DNA from: Candidatus Bathyarchaeia archaeon
GTDB lineage: Archaea > Thermoproteota > Bathyarchaeia > Bathyarchaeales > Bathycorpusculaceae
Direction: 5' to 3'
DNA length: 64,000 nt
Assembly: GCA_049515895.1 (NCBI GenBank)
Contig: JBEKTQ010000020.1
Span: forward strand, 1-64,000
Made by a program: the position numbers and the translations under genes. This document shows, piece by piece, positions 28,979-38,933 of this stretch. The first letter of the stretch is position 1. Every line of letters starts with the position of its first letter. The notes beneath the pieces are model-generated. The model worked only from the letters and a program-made list of their open reading frames with translations, searched no databases and was not told the origin of the DNA.

Positions 28979-29305
28979 TTACTCTTTTACTACTTCATAT
29001 GTAAGGTTTTTCTTCAATCCAATTCCCATTTCCATCTCACAAGCTTTTACCACGCCTAAGGGAATAGGACAAATACAGTGAGGTATAGTCTCTTTCATCA
29101 TATCGGGATAAGTGCGCATACTTGCGGTTTTAAATTTCATCTTGAAGACATCCAGATTTTTGCATTCGCTCTCAAGACAAACGTCAACTTCCATTCGGGG
29201 ATTCTGTCTTTCGTTGGACTGTTTTTGAACTGTTACCACAGCTTTCATCATGCAATTACCTGGATCAATCCTGATTTTTGTTACCATTGAAAAGGCTCCT
29301 CTCAC
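28979..29305 (-). CDS. Small Cys-containing protein (DUF6951-like), paralog of 10919-11257
   Basis: MVTKIRIDPGNC...SECKNL...PHCICPIPLGVVKACE. Confidence 0.7.
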   Translation of the reverse strand: MRGAFSMVTKIRIDPGNCMMKAVVTVQKQSNERQNPRMEVDVCLESECKNLDVFKMKFKTASMRTYPDMMKETIPHCICPIPLGVVKACEMEMGIGLKKNLTYEVVKE

Positions 29306-30000
29306 TTTGCTCGCTTTTCGGGCTTTTTAGGACTTGTCGTTATGTTAAACCCAACCAACAAGGTTCCAAGTCGGACGTCTTCCATGGAGAGATTAAACGT
29401 CTTCTTAAAATACTGATCAACTGACCGGGAAGGCCAACCACATGTCAAGTCTTTAATCCCATCGGTGTTTTCCAACCCCTTCTTAAATCCGTCATGTGGA
29501 AGCGAGAACGGAAGCGTTGTGAACTTCACCGGTACACCTCTCTTACCTCTTAGTTTATACGTGTAGATTACGAATGGCCGTGAGCTCTTCCCGGTAAATA
29601 AGTAGCCTGGCTTTCCCCTAATCTCTTCCAACTTTACTGGGTCAGATATTTCTTCGCCGACGATTTCGCCGTTGGCCTTAAGGAGTATTGTCGGATCTCT
29701 ATACTCAAAGGTCTCGTCGTTAGTTATGAGAAGTACGACATCTCTTGTTAAGACTTCCTTTACGCCTTGATTTTCGATGCCTGCGCCGAATTGCACGAGT
29801 TTACTTTCTTCAGCAGTTTCCAACTCAAGTACTTTCTTTCGTTGGGAATCATCGAGCTCTTGTAAAATTGAACAAACACCCTTGCATTCCTTTACAATAG
29901 AACAGACTCTTTCAGTGCATTTGGCAGACGTCAAATCGGCGCGACGGCCACTTTTTGTTTTTCTATTGTCAGTCTGATTTGTTTTAGTTGACAATTTCAA
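29302..30000 (-). CDS. Hypothetical protein, 232 aa
   Basis: 4-nt overlaps with both neighbours; no family recognised. Confidence 0.65.
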   Translation of the reverse strand: MKLSTKTNQTDNRKTKSGRRADLTSAKCTERVCSIVKECKGVCSILQELDDSQRKKVLELETAEESKLVQFGAGIENQGVKEVLTRDVVLLITNDETFEYRDPTILLKANGEIVGEEISDPVKLEEIRGKPGYLFTGKSSRPFVIYTYKLRGKRGVPVKFTTLPFSLPHDGFKKGLENTDGIKDLTCGWPSRSVDQYFKKTFNLSMEDVRLGTLLVGFNITTSPKKPEKRAK

Positions 30001-31067
30001 GCTACCTTGCCTATTGCTTTGACTATTGCTGTTATGAAATCTTCTGGTGAAGCGCCAGGGGTTGTAACATTTCCCTTAGAGTAGAAGGAGGTTACAGCTT
30101 GACGAACTGATGTCTCATCAGCTCTGACTCCTCTGAGCATGGCTTCAAGGGCGACTATTGCTTCTACAGGATGCATTAGATAGTCACCTGTTATCATTAT
30201 CTCTATTATCCTGTTGTCAGTAATGTAAGCGTTTATTCTGATTACTCCTTTTTTGGCTTTGTGAATGTATGTTGCGTTGACTCGTTTGAACAAACGTGGG
30301 TTAATGTTCCATGTGTCTTGCTCGAACCTTTCATCAAAGACTGTGGGTTCGAGCTCTCTATCTGTCAAATCCCCTTCGAGAAGAGTGATATTCAACGCTT
30401 TTTCAAATCCTGTTCGAATAGCCTTCTTTATCTGGTCCAAACTAAACGGATCCTTGCCGGATTTCAAAGTCTCTTTATTTATCCAAGTAATTCGATCTTC
30501 GATCTTTGTTAAGCCTTTGTCTTGAAGTTTCTCTTTGGGAGCCTTTATCAACAAAGCCAATGTTGGAAGATCTATTTCGGTGGTGATGAAGCCATGTTGA
30601 ATTATCATTCCAAAACTCCTGTGCTGAGAACTGCCAGAGAACTTCTTCCCTCCGATCAGAACGTCGTTGATCGGGACAAAAGTTGCATCTAGCCCCAATT
30701 CCTTAAGACCGAGGGTAACACCGTTGCAGATTACTTTGTAGGTTTCCTCAACATTTTTGGGCATTGATTTGCTCCTTTCGTCTGCAATTATTGAATATGC
30801 CAAAACGGTCGGTGTAAGATATCCTGTTCCGCCGCCACCCATGCGCCGTATAATTGGAACCCCAAGTTCTTTGGCCGCTTGAACATCTACTTCTTCATAG
30901 ACGTTCTGGAAGTAGCCTAATGTAAGATACGGCTTGTCTGCCCTCCAAAGTAGTAAGGTATTCTTGACCTTTTTTTCAGCAACGGCTTCTTCGATGGCAT
31001 GAAGAAAAGGAAGCTCTATCACGTCTAAATCAACAAATCTCCACTTATCCAAAGATTTCACGCTCAC
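29997..31067 (-). CDS. Lipoate:protein ligase with C-terminal accessory domain (Lpl(AB)-type)
   Basis: WRFVD, LGYFQ, RRMGGGGT, NDV..GKKFSG; C-terminal ITGDY..P domain. Confidence 0.9.
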   Translation of the reverse strand: MSVKSLDKWRFVDLDVIELPFLHAIEEAVAEKKVKNTLLLWRADKPYLTLGYFQNVYEEVDVQAAKELGVPIIRRMGGGGTGYLTPTVLAYSIIADERSKSMPKNVEETYKVICNGVTLGLKELGLDATFVPINDVLIGGKKFSGSSQHRSFGMIIQHGFITTEIDLPTLALLIKAPKEKLQDKGLTKIEDRITWINKETLKSGKDPFSLDQIKKAIRTGFEKALNITLLEGDLTDRELEPTVFDERFEQDTWNINPRLFKRVNATYIHKAKKGVIRINAYITDNRIIEIMITGDYLMHPVEAIVALEAMLRGVRADETSVRQAVTSFYSKGNVTTPGASPEDFITAIVKAIGKVA

Positions 31068-31214
31068 TCACAACTGTACGCAGCAATCATTACACAGTTT
31101 AACTATTGCGGCCTTTAACATTCTTTTCATCATTTCTTGACCGAAACTTAAGGTTGCGCCTAAACATCTTATTTTCAGTTTCTCATTGTCTTTAGAGTTA
31201 ATAGAGTGTAGTAA

Positions 31215-31228
31215 GTTGCAAAAGCTAC
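31215..31228 (-). promoter_or_regulatory. Island operator (GTTGCAAAAGCTAC on +) upstream of the lipoate ligase operon
   Basis: On the minus strand followed by 11 nt and then TATTAA (31203-31198). Confidence 0.75.
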
Positions 31229-31273
31229 AAACATGTTGAAACACACGCTAACCAAGTCACTCAGACATGCAGG

Positions 31274-32308
31274 TTATTTTAGTTGTGATTCGTCCACTGA
31301 GCAGCACATTATATCGTTGTATGATTTGATGTCGAGTCCAAGATTCCGGGCTGTTCGAAGTGAATTTTCTGTAGGAATTGCCAATTTGCCAATTCCAGCC
31401 CGGATAGCCAGCTCGTCTATCTTTTCACGATAGTCTTTTCCAGGTCGCACACAACCCAGCGAGACGGAAGTGTTTGGAAACATCAAATTGGCAATCGAAA
31501 TGACCTTTGCTACATCCTCAGGGGAAGAAGGAAGAATATCAGCCATCGCTGTCTCTTTGGTAGGAATAAGAACCACAATGGCGATTGTAGATACTTTAGC
31601 ATGTGACACTATCTCGAGAGCTTTGGCTTCTCCTTTTAATTGTCCAAAGTGAAGTCCGACACAAATATGAGGAGAAATATTTGGAATTCCTGCAGCGTTC
31701 AGTGCTGACAGAGTTTTTGAGTAGTCATCAGGAGTAATTTCAACACCATAAACACCTCGAGTGGTTTCAGCAGATCCAACAACGTCGAGCAAGGCAATGT
31801 CTAAGCCAGCCTCAACGAGCATCTTTGCTTTTTCGTAATCTACTGGACCCGTATGAGCAGAGATAATTAAGCCTGTCTCTCGCTTGATTTTGCGTATCGT
31901 GTCTGCAAATTGATCCAATGGAATAGTCCCGTCTTTTCTGCTTCCTCCGCTTAGAAGCACGCCTGGAGCATGGTTTGCAGCCAATTTTTTGCAGACTCGA
32001 AGCAGTTTTTCAGGATCACTCGCAGGAAGCATGTGCCTCAAGTAATGTTGACTGCAGTGCTTACAGTTTAGACTGCAGGATCGACCCGTAATAGATACAG
32101 GCTGGAAAGCTTTATGATATACAGTAAGGGTCTTACCAGTTTTTTTGTCTGAAACATGTCTAGATTCAGATAATAATTCGGGGAGTTGATCGTTGCAAAT
32201 CGACATTAGCAGTTGGGCTTCATCGCCATTAATAGGCGTGCCTTTGTGCGCTTTGTCATGTATTTGGCTTAAGTCTTGTTTTGTCAGATCAGGGAACTCC
32301 CAGGTCAA
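31274..32308 (-). CDS. lipS1: Radical SAM protein, second LipS1-type lipoyl synthase subunit
   Basis: SITGRSCSLNCKHC, LGCVRP, C-terminal CC. Confidence 0.8.
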   Translation of the reverse strand: MTWEFPDLTKQDLSQIHDKAHKGTPINGDEAQLLMSICNDQLPELLSESRHVSDKKTGKTLTVYHKAFQPVSITGRSCSLNCKHCSQHYLRHMLPASDPEKLLRVCKKLAANHAPGVLLSGGSRKDGTIPLDQFADTIRKIKRETGLIISAHTGPVDYEKAKMLVEAGLDIALLDVVGSAETTRGVYGVEITPDDYSKTLSALNAAGIPNISPHICVGLHFGQLKGEAKALEIVSHAKVSTIAIVVLIPTKETAMADILPSSPEDVAKVISIANLMFPNTSVSLGCVRPGKDYREKIDELAIRAGIGKLAIPTENSLRTARNLGLDIKSYNDIMCCSVDESQLK

Positions 32309-32320
32309 AACATTAAGGGG

Positions 32321-32776
32321 TCATGGTTCGTCATAATCGCCGAATTTCTCTTTTTCCTCGTCAATTATAGTCTTGTAGTATTTGGCCGCCTTCTTAGAAT
32401 CCATAAGTTCTTTCAGTTCAAGCTTCGGGTCATTCACGGCAATCACAAATAACCAGCCTTTGCCGTATGGCTCCTCGTTAATCATGTCCGGTTGCTTGTA
32501 GAGGGCATTATTTGTCTTAGTAACTTTCCCACTCAAAGGAGCATGAATCCTAAACACTGCCTTTATTGTTTCGAAAGAACCTATTTCTTCCCCCTGTTTC
32601 CTTTGATCCCCTTCAAGCGGCAAATCGACATGTACAATTTCTTTGCAGAGAGCCTCTCCAAGACTTGTAAAGCCAACTTTTGCTTCACTTCCCGTTAGGT
32701 CTATCCACAAATGATCCTTGCTGTAGTATAGGTTTGGTGGAAAATTAAAGCCTTCAACTTTAACCATATATTTCAT
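32321..32776 (-). CDS. gcvH: GcvH-like lipoyl carrier protein
   Basis: YYSKDHLW, ETIKA (lipoyl Lys), INEEPYGKGW. Confidence 0.9.
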   Translation of the reverse strand: MKYMVKVEGFNFPPNLYYSKDHLWIDLTGSEAKVGFTSLGEALCKEIVHVDLPLEGDQRKQGEEIGSFETIKAVFRIHAPLSGKVTKTNNALYKQPDMINEEPYGKGWLFVIAVNDPKLELKELMDSKKAAKYYKTIIDEEKEKFGDYDEP

Positions 32777-33753
32777 CTCTTTCCTTTTTTAGATTTTTTT
32801 CGTTCATGCTTTTCACTTTTTTTAATACTTATGGTTTGACCAACTTCAAGTTTGATTTGGCCGACCTTCAACGGGATGAGCTTGATTTCGCAGACGTTGC
32901 CCAAACACAGCCTGCTGGAAATTCCCTGATATTCGAAATCGTTAACAGTTGTTTTGAAAGGGGTAATTTCCATCTTGGTTAATCCATTAAGGCTTTCATT
33001 TACAGTCCCTATTTGTGTATGGTTAAGGTACACTGGGGAGCCAATGTTCATTTTCTCATTAGTCACCAAAGCTCCGTAACCTAGGAAGGGAATTCCCCCG
33101 TCAAGAAGCCCAAAAGTCTCGTCGACTCTTGCTTGTAAACCCGAAAAATTGCCTATAGTTGCCCAATGTTCAGGACTTGGTCGGATAGTCGCGTAGCGAG
33201 CCTCCACCTTTGTCACGACGCCTGTCAAGTTCTCTTCAGCTTGGGTTTTTGGTGCAACAGGGCCTTTGTTGTCTGATTCATTTAGAACCGAAAGGCGATG
33301 GGAACCTAGAGCCCTTAAGGATTCGTTAGGGTCGCGGAGTTCAACATGAATATGTGGCTCTACCCAGAAAGGATAATACCCACTTCGAATAAGCACAGCA
33401 ATTTTTTCCCCGACGCTAACGCTTTTGCCTAATCCAACTTTTGGACATGCATGAATAATTTTCACGTATACTGAAGGGTTCTCGGCAGATTCAATGAGGG
33501 TCAGATACTCATAGATGGGGGGTTTATCGGAAAATGGACTGGGCGAGGAGTACTTCTTCACGTCTCTGACTATGCCGTTTACTGGGCAAGCAACCTCGTC
33601 GTTGAATTTGGCGCCAGCTGGATAAATATCCAATGCTCCAAACGCTCGATGTGCTGGATAAGGACTGCTACAAAAGGAAACGTAACTCTCTTTCGGAGCA
33701 TAAATTTTTACACCAAGTGTGCCTGCAACCGGAGTAAATATCGCCTCGCTCAT
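32773..33753 (-). CDS. Hypothetical protein with M23-peptidase-like metal ligands
   Basis: H..D (AHRAFGALD) and HxH (PHIHVE); embedded in the lipoate operon. Confidence 0.6.
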   Translation of the reverse strand: MSEAIFTPVAGTLGVKIYAPKESYVSFCSSPYPAHRAFGALDIYPAGAKFNDEVACPVNGIVRDVKKYSSPSPFSDKPPIYEYLTLIESAENPSVYVKIIHACPKVGLGKSVSVGEKIAVLIRSGYYPFWVEPHIHVELRDPNESLRALGSHRLSVLNESDNKGPVAPKTQAEENLTGVVTKVEARYATIRPSPEHWATIGNFSGLQARVDETFGLLDGGIPFLGYGALVTNEKMNIGSPVYLNHTQIGTVNESLNGLTKMEITPFKTTVNDFEYQGISSRLCLGNVCEIKLIPLKVGQIKLEVGQTISIKKSEKHERKKSKKGKR

Positions 33754-34778
33754 TTTACACCGGCTCCTTTTGAAACGTTGACCTGTTTCTTTATCTCCCT
33801 CAACTCTTCCTCTGAAGGAAGGACAGGAAAATTATAAATCTTCTTTTCAGGAGTCTCATTAGCGAATGGCCGGTTGCAGTCAGGACATCCTGATGTAAGG
33901 AAAGGTTCACCGTGAGCGATTGTCTTCTCCACCTCTTCTTTGGCTATTCCGAAATCTTTGATTTCGCCAGATTCGTTGAATAGCATTTTTTCTGCTCGAG
34001 TTAGATTTTGGTAAATTAGGTAGTTAGCTAATTTTATCCGTCGATAACTCTCAATTGACGGAGGCTGACCGCCCGCCAACCGTGTGCCGGCAATAGGGGT
34101 GAAAGCGAAAAGCGCACTGTAAACACCCTCATCGTTAAGTTTCGCCAATAAATCCACTGCTTCATGCTCAGTTTCGCCTAAGCCCACCATCAAATGTGTG
34201 CCGACGTTGCCTTTGCCCATTATTTCGACCGCGTCGTGTATCGCTTTAAGGTGGCTTTCCCATCTGTAAGGACCTGCAGCCTTAGCGCCTTTAATATCAT
34301 CAAATATTTCTTCGTTCGCCGCATCCAGAGGAATTATTATTTTTTGAACACCACTGTCCCTTAGACGCTTAATCTGCTCCGCCGGAACTGAAAAAATAGA
34401 GACTGATATTGGCGCGGCAACCTCGGCATTCAATCTGTTGACCACCCAGAGCAATTCGTTCATGAGGTTAGAATAATTCAGGGTTTGGATGCATATCCGT
34501 TTAATGAATTTGCGTTTAGCCGCTTTTTTCAGCCGAGTGATTACCAATTCCGCATCGTATGGCAAGTACAGCCCCCTTGCGATCTTGTCAACCTTAGCTT
34601 CAGAAGTTTTCGCTTGAGCACAAAACTTGCAGTTGGCGGCACATCTGCCAGGGTAGTAAGTCTGTAAATACGCTGTAGTTGGAGCATTATCGCGATTCAT
34701 AAAAGCCATTTCAAGCCCTAAAATAACTGCAGTACCGATGGAAACACGTATTTTTTTAACAGGTTGATTGAGTGTCAC
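33750..34778 (-). CDS. lipS2: Radical SAM protein, LipS2-type lipoyl synthase subunit
   Basis: CAANCKFCAQ and the TSGCPDCNRP signature. Confidence 0.88.
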   Translation of the reverse strand: MTLNQPVKKIRVSIGTAVILGLEMAFMNRDNAPTTAYLQTYYPGRCAANCKFCAQAKTSEAKVDKIARGLYLPYDAELVITRLKKAAKRKFIKRICIQTLNYSNLMNELLWVVNRLNAEVAAPISVSIFSVPAEQIKRLRDSGVQKIIIPLDAANEEIFDDIKGAKAAGPYRWESHLKAIHDAVEIMGKGNVGTHLMVGLGETEHEAVDLLAKLNDEGVYSALFAFTPIAGTRLAGGQPPSIESYRRIKLANYLIYQNLTRAEKMLFNESGEIKDFGIAKEEVEKTIAHGEPFLTSGCPDCNRPFANETPEKKIYNFPVLPSEEELREIKKQVNVSKGAGVK

Positions 34779-34781
34779 TTC

Positions 34782-35819
34782 TCAGGGTTCCTCCGTTGAT
34801 GTTAGTCTAAGATAAGACGCGGGGGGCACTGCACAACACACGGCATAGGATTCAGTCGTCAACCCAATAGACTCCGATTGCTTGAGAGCAAAGTCAGACG
34901 GGGTTGCAATGCTCGTTACACCTGCTTGAATTGCCAGTTTCTCAATAAGTGCCCTGTCAGCTCCTTTAGACCTTGCGCACCCTAAAGTTATGGGAACGTT
35001 AGGAAACATCAACCGAGAGACTGAAACAACCTTGGCAACATCATAAGGGTTCACAGTTACTTTTTCCAACGGAGTACCTCTCAGCGGCATTAGCGCAGTT
35101 ATTACAACCGTTGTGGGTTTGATGCCGGAGATTATTTCTAGAGATGTTAATTCATGTTTAAGGTTGCCAAAATTGAGCCCAACGCAAACATGTGGAGATA
35201 TTATCGGTATTTTGGCCTTTTCGAGAGCTTTCAGAGTTCTGGTGTAGGTTTTGGGTTTTATTTCGATTCCGTAGACAGCTTTTGTCGTTTCGGGTGAACC
35301 AACAACATCTACGGCGGCGCCATCTAATCCAGTTGACGCCAATTTTTCTGCTTCTTGAAAATCCACAATTCCAGTGTGGGCGATTACTATGAGATTAGTC
35401 TTCTTCTTAACTGAAGATATAGCATCTAAGAAGTTGCCAAGGGGAACCTTGCCGCTTGGCAGACAGCCCCCAGTGATTAGAACGCCTTTAGCGCCTTTCT
35501 TTGCTAGTTTTTCACAAATTTCTACGAGTTTTGTAGGAGATGGAGCAGCCGTCAAGTTTTGCAGGAGTTTGGTCTGGCAGTGTTTACATCTTAAAGCACA
35601 TTCGCTGCCGGTCACGGATAATGCGGGGAAGTATCGTGATGTATAGTAGAAGTTGATTTTTCGACCCATCTGCTTATCAGACAGGGCTCTTGTGGTTGCC
35701 GATAGAGACAATATTTGGGTTGCGTCCTTTAGCTCTAAGAGTTCTTTTGCTTCGTGAATGGATATTGCCTTGTTCTCGAACCCTTTTTCTCGTAACTCCG
35801 TAAATTTGTTTGTTAACAC
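34782..35819 (-). CDS. lipS1: Radical SAM protein, LipS1-type lipoyl synthase subunit
   Basis: SVTGSECALRCKHC, LGCAR, C-terminal CC. Confidence 0.85.
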   Translation of the reverse strand: MLTNKFTELREKGFENKAISIHEAKELLELKDATQILSLSATTRALSDKQMGRKINFYYTSRYFPALSVTGSECALRCKHCQTKLLQNLTAAPSPTKLVEICEKLAKKGAKGVLITGGCLPSGKVPLGNFLDAISSVKKKTNLIVIAHTGIVDFQEAEKLASTGLDGAAVDVVGSPETTKAVYGIEIKPKTYTRTLKALEKAKIPIISPHVCVGLNFGNLKHELTSLEIISGIKPTTVVITALMPLRGTPLEKVTVNPYDVAKVVSVSRLMFPNVPITLGCARSKGADRALIEKLAIQAGVTSIATPSDFALKQSESIGLTTESYAVCCAVPPASYLRLTSTEEP

Positions 35820-36644
35820 TTACGCACCATCTACGTTGTCATAAGGCATGAGTTTGTCGGTTTTGATGTCCATGTTATAGGTCCATTCTTTTGATGCGAA
35901 CTTCGGTTCTAGACTTTTGATTAGTTCGGTTTCTTTTCTGGTGAGTGTTTCATATTTTATTTCGGTGTTTAGCACTTTTTCGAAGCCTGACTTTATTGTT
36001 TTCTTGACTTCGGACAGTTCGATTCTTCTCGATAGTTCTCTGTTGATGCAGGTCAAACCTTCTTCGATTGAATTTATTCCGGGCTTCAAATTCTTGAATG
36101 GATTCCTAAAAACTTTCGACATTGTTTCAAAGTCAAAGTCGACGAGTAGACTGCCACCCACTATTTGAGCGCCGGTTAGGCCAGTAGAGGAATTTCCGGA
36201 TACTTTCTTCCCGTTAATCCAAATTGCGTTGTTGTAGTCCGACACCAAAGTAACGTCGTTGAAACCAAGGTCTCGCAGACCCTGCAAGACTCCACGGAGA
36301 GCGTAGTTATACATTCTTTGAATAATTGATGAAATTGGCGCAATAGGGTGGTCAGTGCCGATAACAATGTCATATAGAAGCTGGTTTTTGTCAACATATC
36401 CTGTTCCGCCACCGAGGATTCGGCGAACGATACTTACGCCCAATTTCTCGCATACGTCTGCATAAACCTCTTCTTTCACAAGTTGAAAATAGCCCAAGCA
36501 GACAAACGGCTTCGTCGGTCTCCAGAAAATAATTGTGTTAGGAACCAGATTCCTTGATCGGGCAATGCCAACTGCTTCTACAGTAGCAACTCCGGTCACT
36601 GGATCCACTAAATCTGTATCTATGAGCCTCCATTGTTCAACCGT
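35820..36644 (-). CDS. Lipoate ligase/octanoyltransferase catalytic domain only
   Basis: LGYFQ, RRILGGGT, GKKVSG; conserved EQWRLID lies upstream of the track start and is preceded by an ACG codon at 36644. Confidence 0.85.
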   Translation of the reverse strand, partial: TVEQWRLIDTDLVDPVTGVATVEAVGIARSRNLVPNTIIFWRPTKPFVCLGYFQLVKEEVYADVCEKLGVSIVRRILGGGTGYVDKNQLLYDIVIGTDHPIAPISSIIQRMYNYALRGVLQGLRDLGFNDVTLVSDYNNAIWINGKKVSGNSSTGLTGAQIVGGSLLVDFDFETMSKVFRNPFKNLKPGINSIEEGLTCINRELSRRIELSEVKKTIKSGFEKVLNTEIKYETLTRKETELIKSLEPKFASKEWTYNMDIKTDKLMPYDNVDGA

Positions 36645-36948
36645 TTACGATTCCTCGTCAATGTTCTTTCTTAACTTATTTCATTGCCAAATAATAATCG
36701 TTATTAAGTACACCTGGCTAGCGCACGCAGAGGCTAAGGACGCGAACCTAACTAATAAATTCCAGTTAATAACAAAGAGAACAAACCGAAACTGAGCAAT
36801 TAATTGCGTTTTAGGATTTATGAAGCTTAGACACTGCACGAAACCCTAATGTTGGCTAAAAGTGACATTGAAAATGCAAATTCTATTGTGCAAACCTAGA
36901 GAAAAATAAAAAGTTTGGGCGCGATTGTACACGCGCTTTTTGATGTTT

Positions 36949-38220
36949 TTAGGCTTGAAGTGGGTATTTGAAGACTTCAAGTATTGTCTTGACTGCAAAT
37001 TCGATTGCAGGTAGCGGAATTGTTGGATCTCCAGTGGGAACTGATACGTAGGTTCTGTGGCCTTGAGTTGGATATTTCATAAATAGTTTTGCGTGCCTTG
37101 TAAAGTCGTTTCGGATAGCGTTTTGGTAGTCTGGGGAGAACATCGCTACGTTGTCAAATGCATCGTGAGCCCAAATGTTGTCGTATTTGCGGGTGTTGTT
37201 ATACCATTCGTCGACGTTTGGATGTTCACTGAAGCCTAGCATTCCTCCGCCGCCGTTTTCACTGAGGCACTTTGCAATTGGCACGTGCGCGGTCATTGGT
37301 CCTTCAGGGATTACTTCAGGTTGCCATCCTTTCTTTGCACAGTATTTTATGGCATCGGTATAGGTTATGTCGAAGACTTTTGCAAATTCTTCGCCCGTTA
37401 GGTAGCTTGTTGAGTCGCACCAGGTTATCCAGTTGCCTTCTCCGGTGTCATCTATTTGTTGTCCAAGTATTTCGGTTTGTTTGTCAATCTTCTTTTTCAG
37501 AAGAGCGGTTGTACCTTTGAGGCATAACTCAGCCAATTCCATGTTCTTTCGAATATCCATAACGAAATCTTTGATACCTCTTAGGAAACCAGCCATAGTT
37601 ATTGGACCGCCACAGCAAGATGCTACTATAGGCATCTCTGGCACTAGTTTCATGAGTGCTTTGACTTCCCAGAAGTATATTGGCCAAGTTCCAGCTCTTA
37701 GTGCAGGCTCAGGAACGTTGTCTAAGAAGAATAGTGCATCTTCTTTGGTTCTGACAAATGGCTCTACGGCGAGCGGTGGACCGTTTTCGATGAATCTGAA
37801 TTTTCTTGTTACAAGCTCTTCTCCGAATCCATAGTTGTACAGCCAATTCATGTCGGTAGTGCTTGCAAATTTTGCATACCACAGCATTTGCCCTATTGCG
37901 TCCAAGTTAGGATGATTAATCATGTCTTTTGTGAAGAGTATCGATGGTGGATCCGCGAAGCCATCAAATATTCGTGTCATGGTTTGATGCAGTCCACTGC
38001 AGTGACTGGGTAACCGGTCCAGTGGTTCATTAGTGAATAGAGCTTTGGCCCATCTTTGGCGAGGCATCATTTGTTCTTCTTTCTTGGTGTCAAGCCACTT
38101 TGCTTTTGCTTTCTCCAGCATAACCTCTTCCGTAGCAGTAAATTGGTAACTGAACGGCCCTTTGTTCCACCACAATGGATAATCGCGGTTGACTTCTTCA
38201 GAATTCCATTCTATATTCAT
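36949..38220 (-). CDS. UroD/MtaA-superfamily corrinoid-dependent methyltransferase
   Basis: MMPRQRW...EPLDRLP, GPITMAGFLRG..F..D; abuts the corrinoid gene; no HxC zinc motif seen. Confidence 0.8.
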   Translation of the reverse strand: MNIEWNSEEVNRDYPLWWNKGPFSYQFTATEEVMLEKAKAKWLDTKKEEQMMPRQRWAKALFTNEPLDRLPSHCSGLHQTMTRIFDGFADPPSILFTKDMINHPNLDAIGQMLWYAKFASTTDMNWLYNYGFGEELVTRKFRFIENGPPLAVEPFVRTKEDALFFLDNVPEPALRAGTWPIYFWEVKALMKLVPEMPIVASCCGGPITMAGFLRGIKDFVMDIRKNMELAELCLKGTTALLKKKIDKQTEILGQQIDDTGEGNWITWCDSTSYLTGEEFAKVFDITYTDAIKYCAKKGWQPEVIPEGPMTAHVPIAKCLSENGGGGMLGFSEHPNVDEWYNNTRKYDNIWAHDAFDNVAMFSPDYQNAIRNDFTRHAKLFMKYPTQGHRTYVSVPTGDPTIPLPAIEFAVKTILEVFKYPLQA

Positions 38221-38933
38221 TACTTCACCCCCTTCTTAAGTCTCTCTTCTTTAAGTACTCGCATTAGTTCATCAGTTTTTTTAACCGCGTCAACCATGTC
38301 TGCGCCCCAACCGTCTAAGCCATATGTAGGTACGTCAGTTTCGAAGGTTGATTGTCCGCCTGCAACTACTTTCACGTTGTCTCGAATTCCTAATTTCTGC
38401 AATTCTTTGACGACTTTAGGCATTGATGTTTTGCACATAGACATAGAGCAGCTGATTCCGACTATGTCTGCTTTCGATCTTTTTGCTTCTATCGCAAAGT
38501 TTTTGGCTGGAACGTCTAAGCCAATATCGTTGATAACATATCCAGCTGATTCGTACATTGTTGAAACGAGGCTTTTTCCAATATCATGTACGTCGCCCTC
38601 AATAGTTCCCAAGACTATCTTTCCCGGAAGCTCGGCCTTCTTTGCACCAGCTAACAATAGAGGTTTTAAGATGCTTGTGCTTTTTACGAGGCATTCGCCT
38701 ATCACAATCAGATCTGATAAAAGTAAGGCTTCGCTTTCGGAAACATTACTTACTCCTTCTGTTCCGCCAGCCCACCAGCTTTTCGAAGTAAGCTCTTTTG
38801 CATATCCCACAATTTTGTTTAGCAAATCAAAAGGTTCGGCGCCAGCATCCAAAGCTTTTTGGGTTAATTCTCCAAACTTATCTGGATCTTGTGCCTTAAG
38901 AGTTTCTTTAAGCTCAGTATATATTGCTTCCAA
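38220..38933 (-). CDS. Methyltransferase corrinoid (B12-binding) protein
   Basis: GTIEGDVHDIGK (DxHxxG), DIGLDVP, VGIS, VVAGG. Confidence 0.95.
   Translation of the reverse strand: MEAIYTELKETLKAQDPDKFGELTQKALDAGAEPFDLLNKIVGYAKELTSKSWWAGGTEGVSNVSESEALLLSDLIVIGECLVKSTSILKPLLLAGAKKAELPGKIVLGTIEGDVHDIGKSLVSTMYESAGYVINDIGLDVPAKNFAIEAKRSKADIVGISCSMSMCKTSMPKVVKELQKLGIRDNVKVVAGGQSTFETDVPTYGLDGWGADMVDAVKKTDELMRVLKEERLKKGVK

Noticed and set aside
20125-38933. Canonical methylotrophic methanogenesis or pyrrolysine methylamine methyltransferase
   Set aside because: No mcr, mtr, MttB/MtbB/MtmB or pyl genes seen, and no in-frame TAG-split methyltransferase
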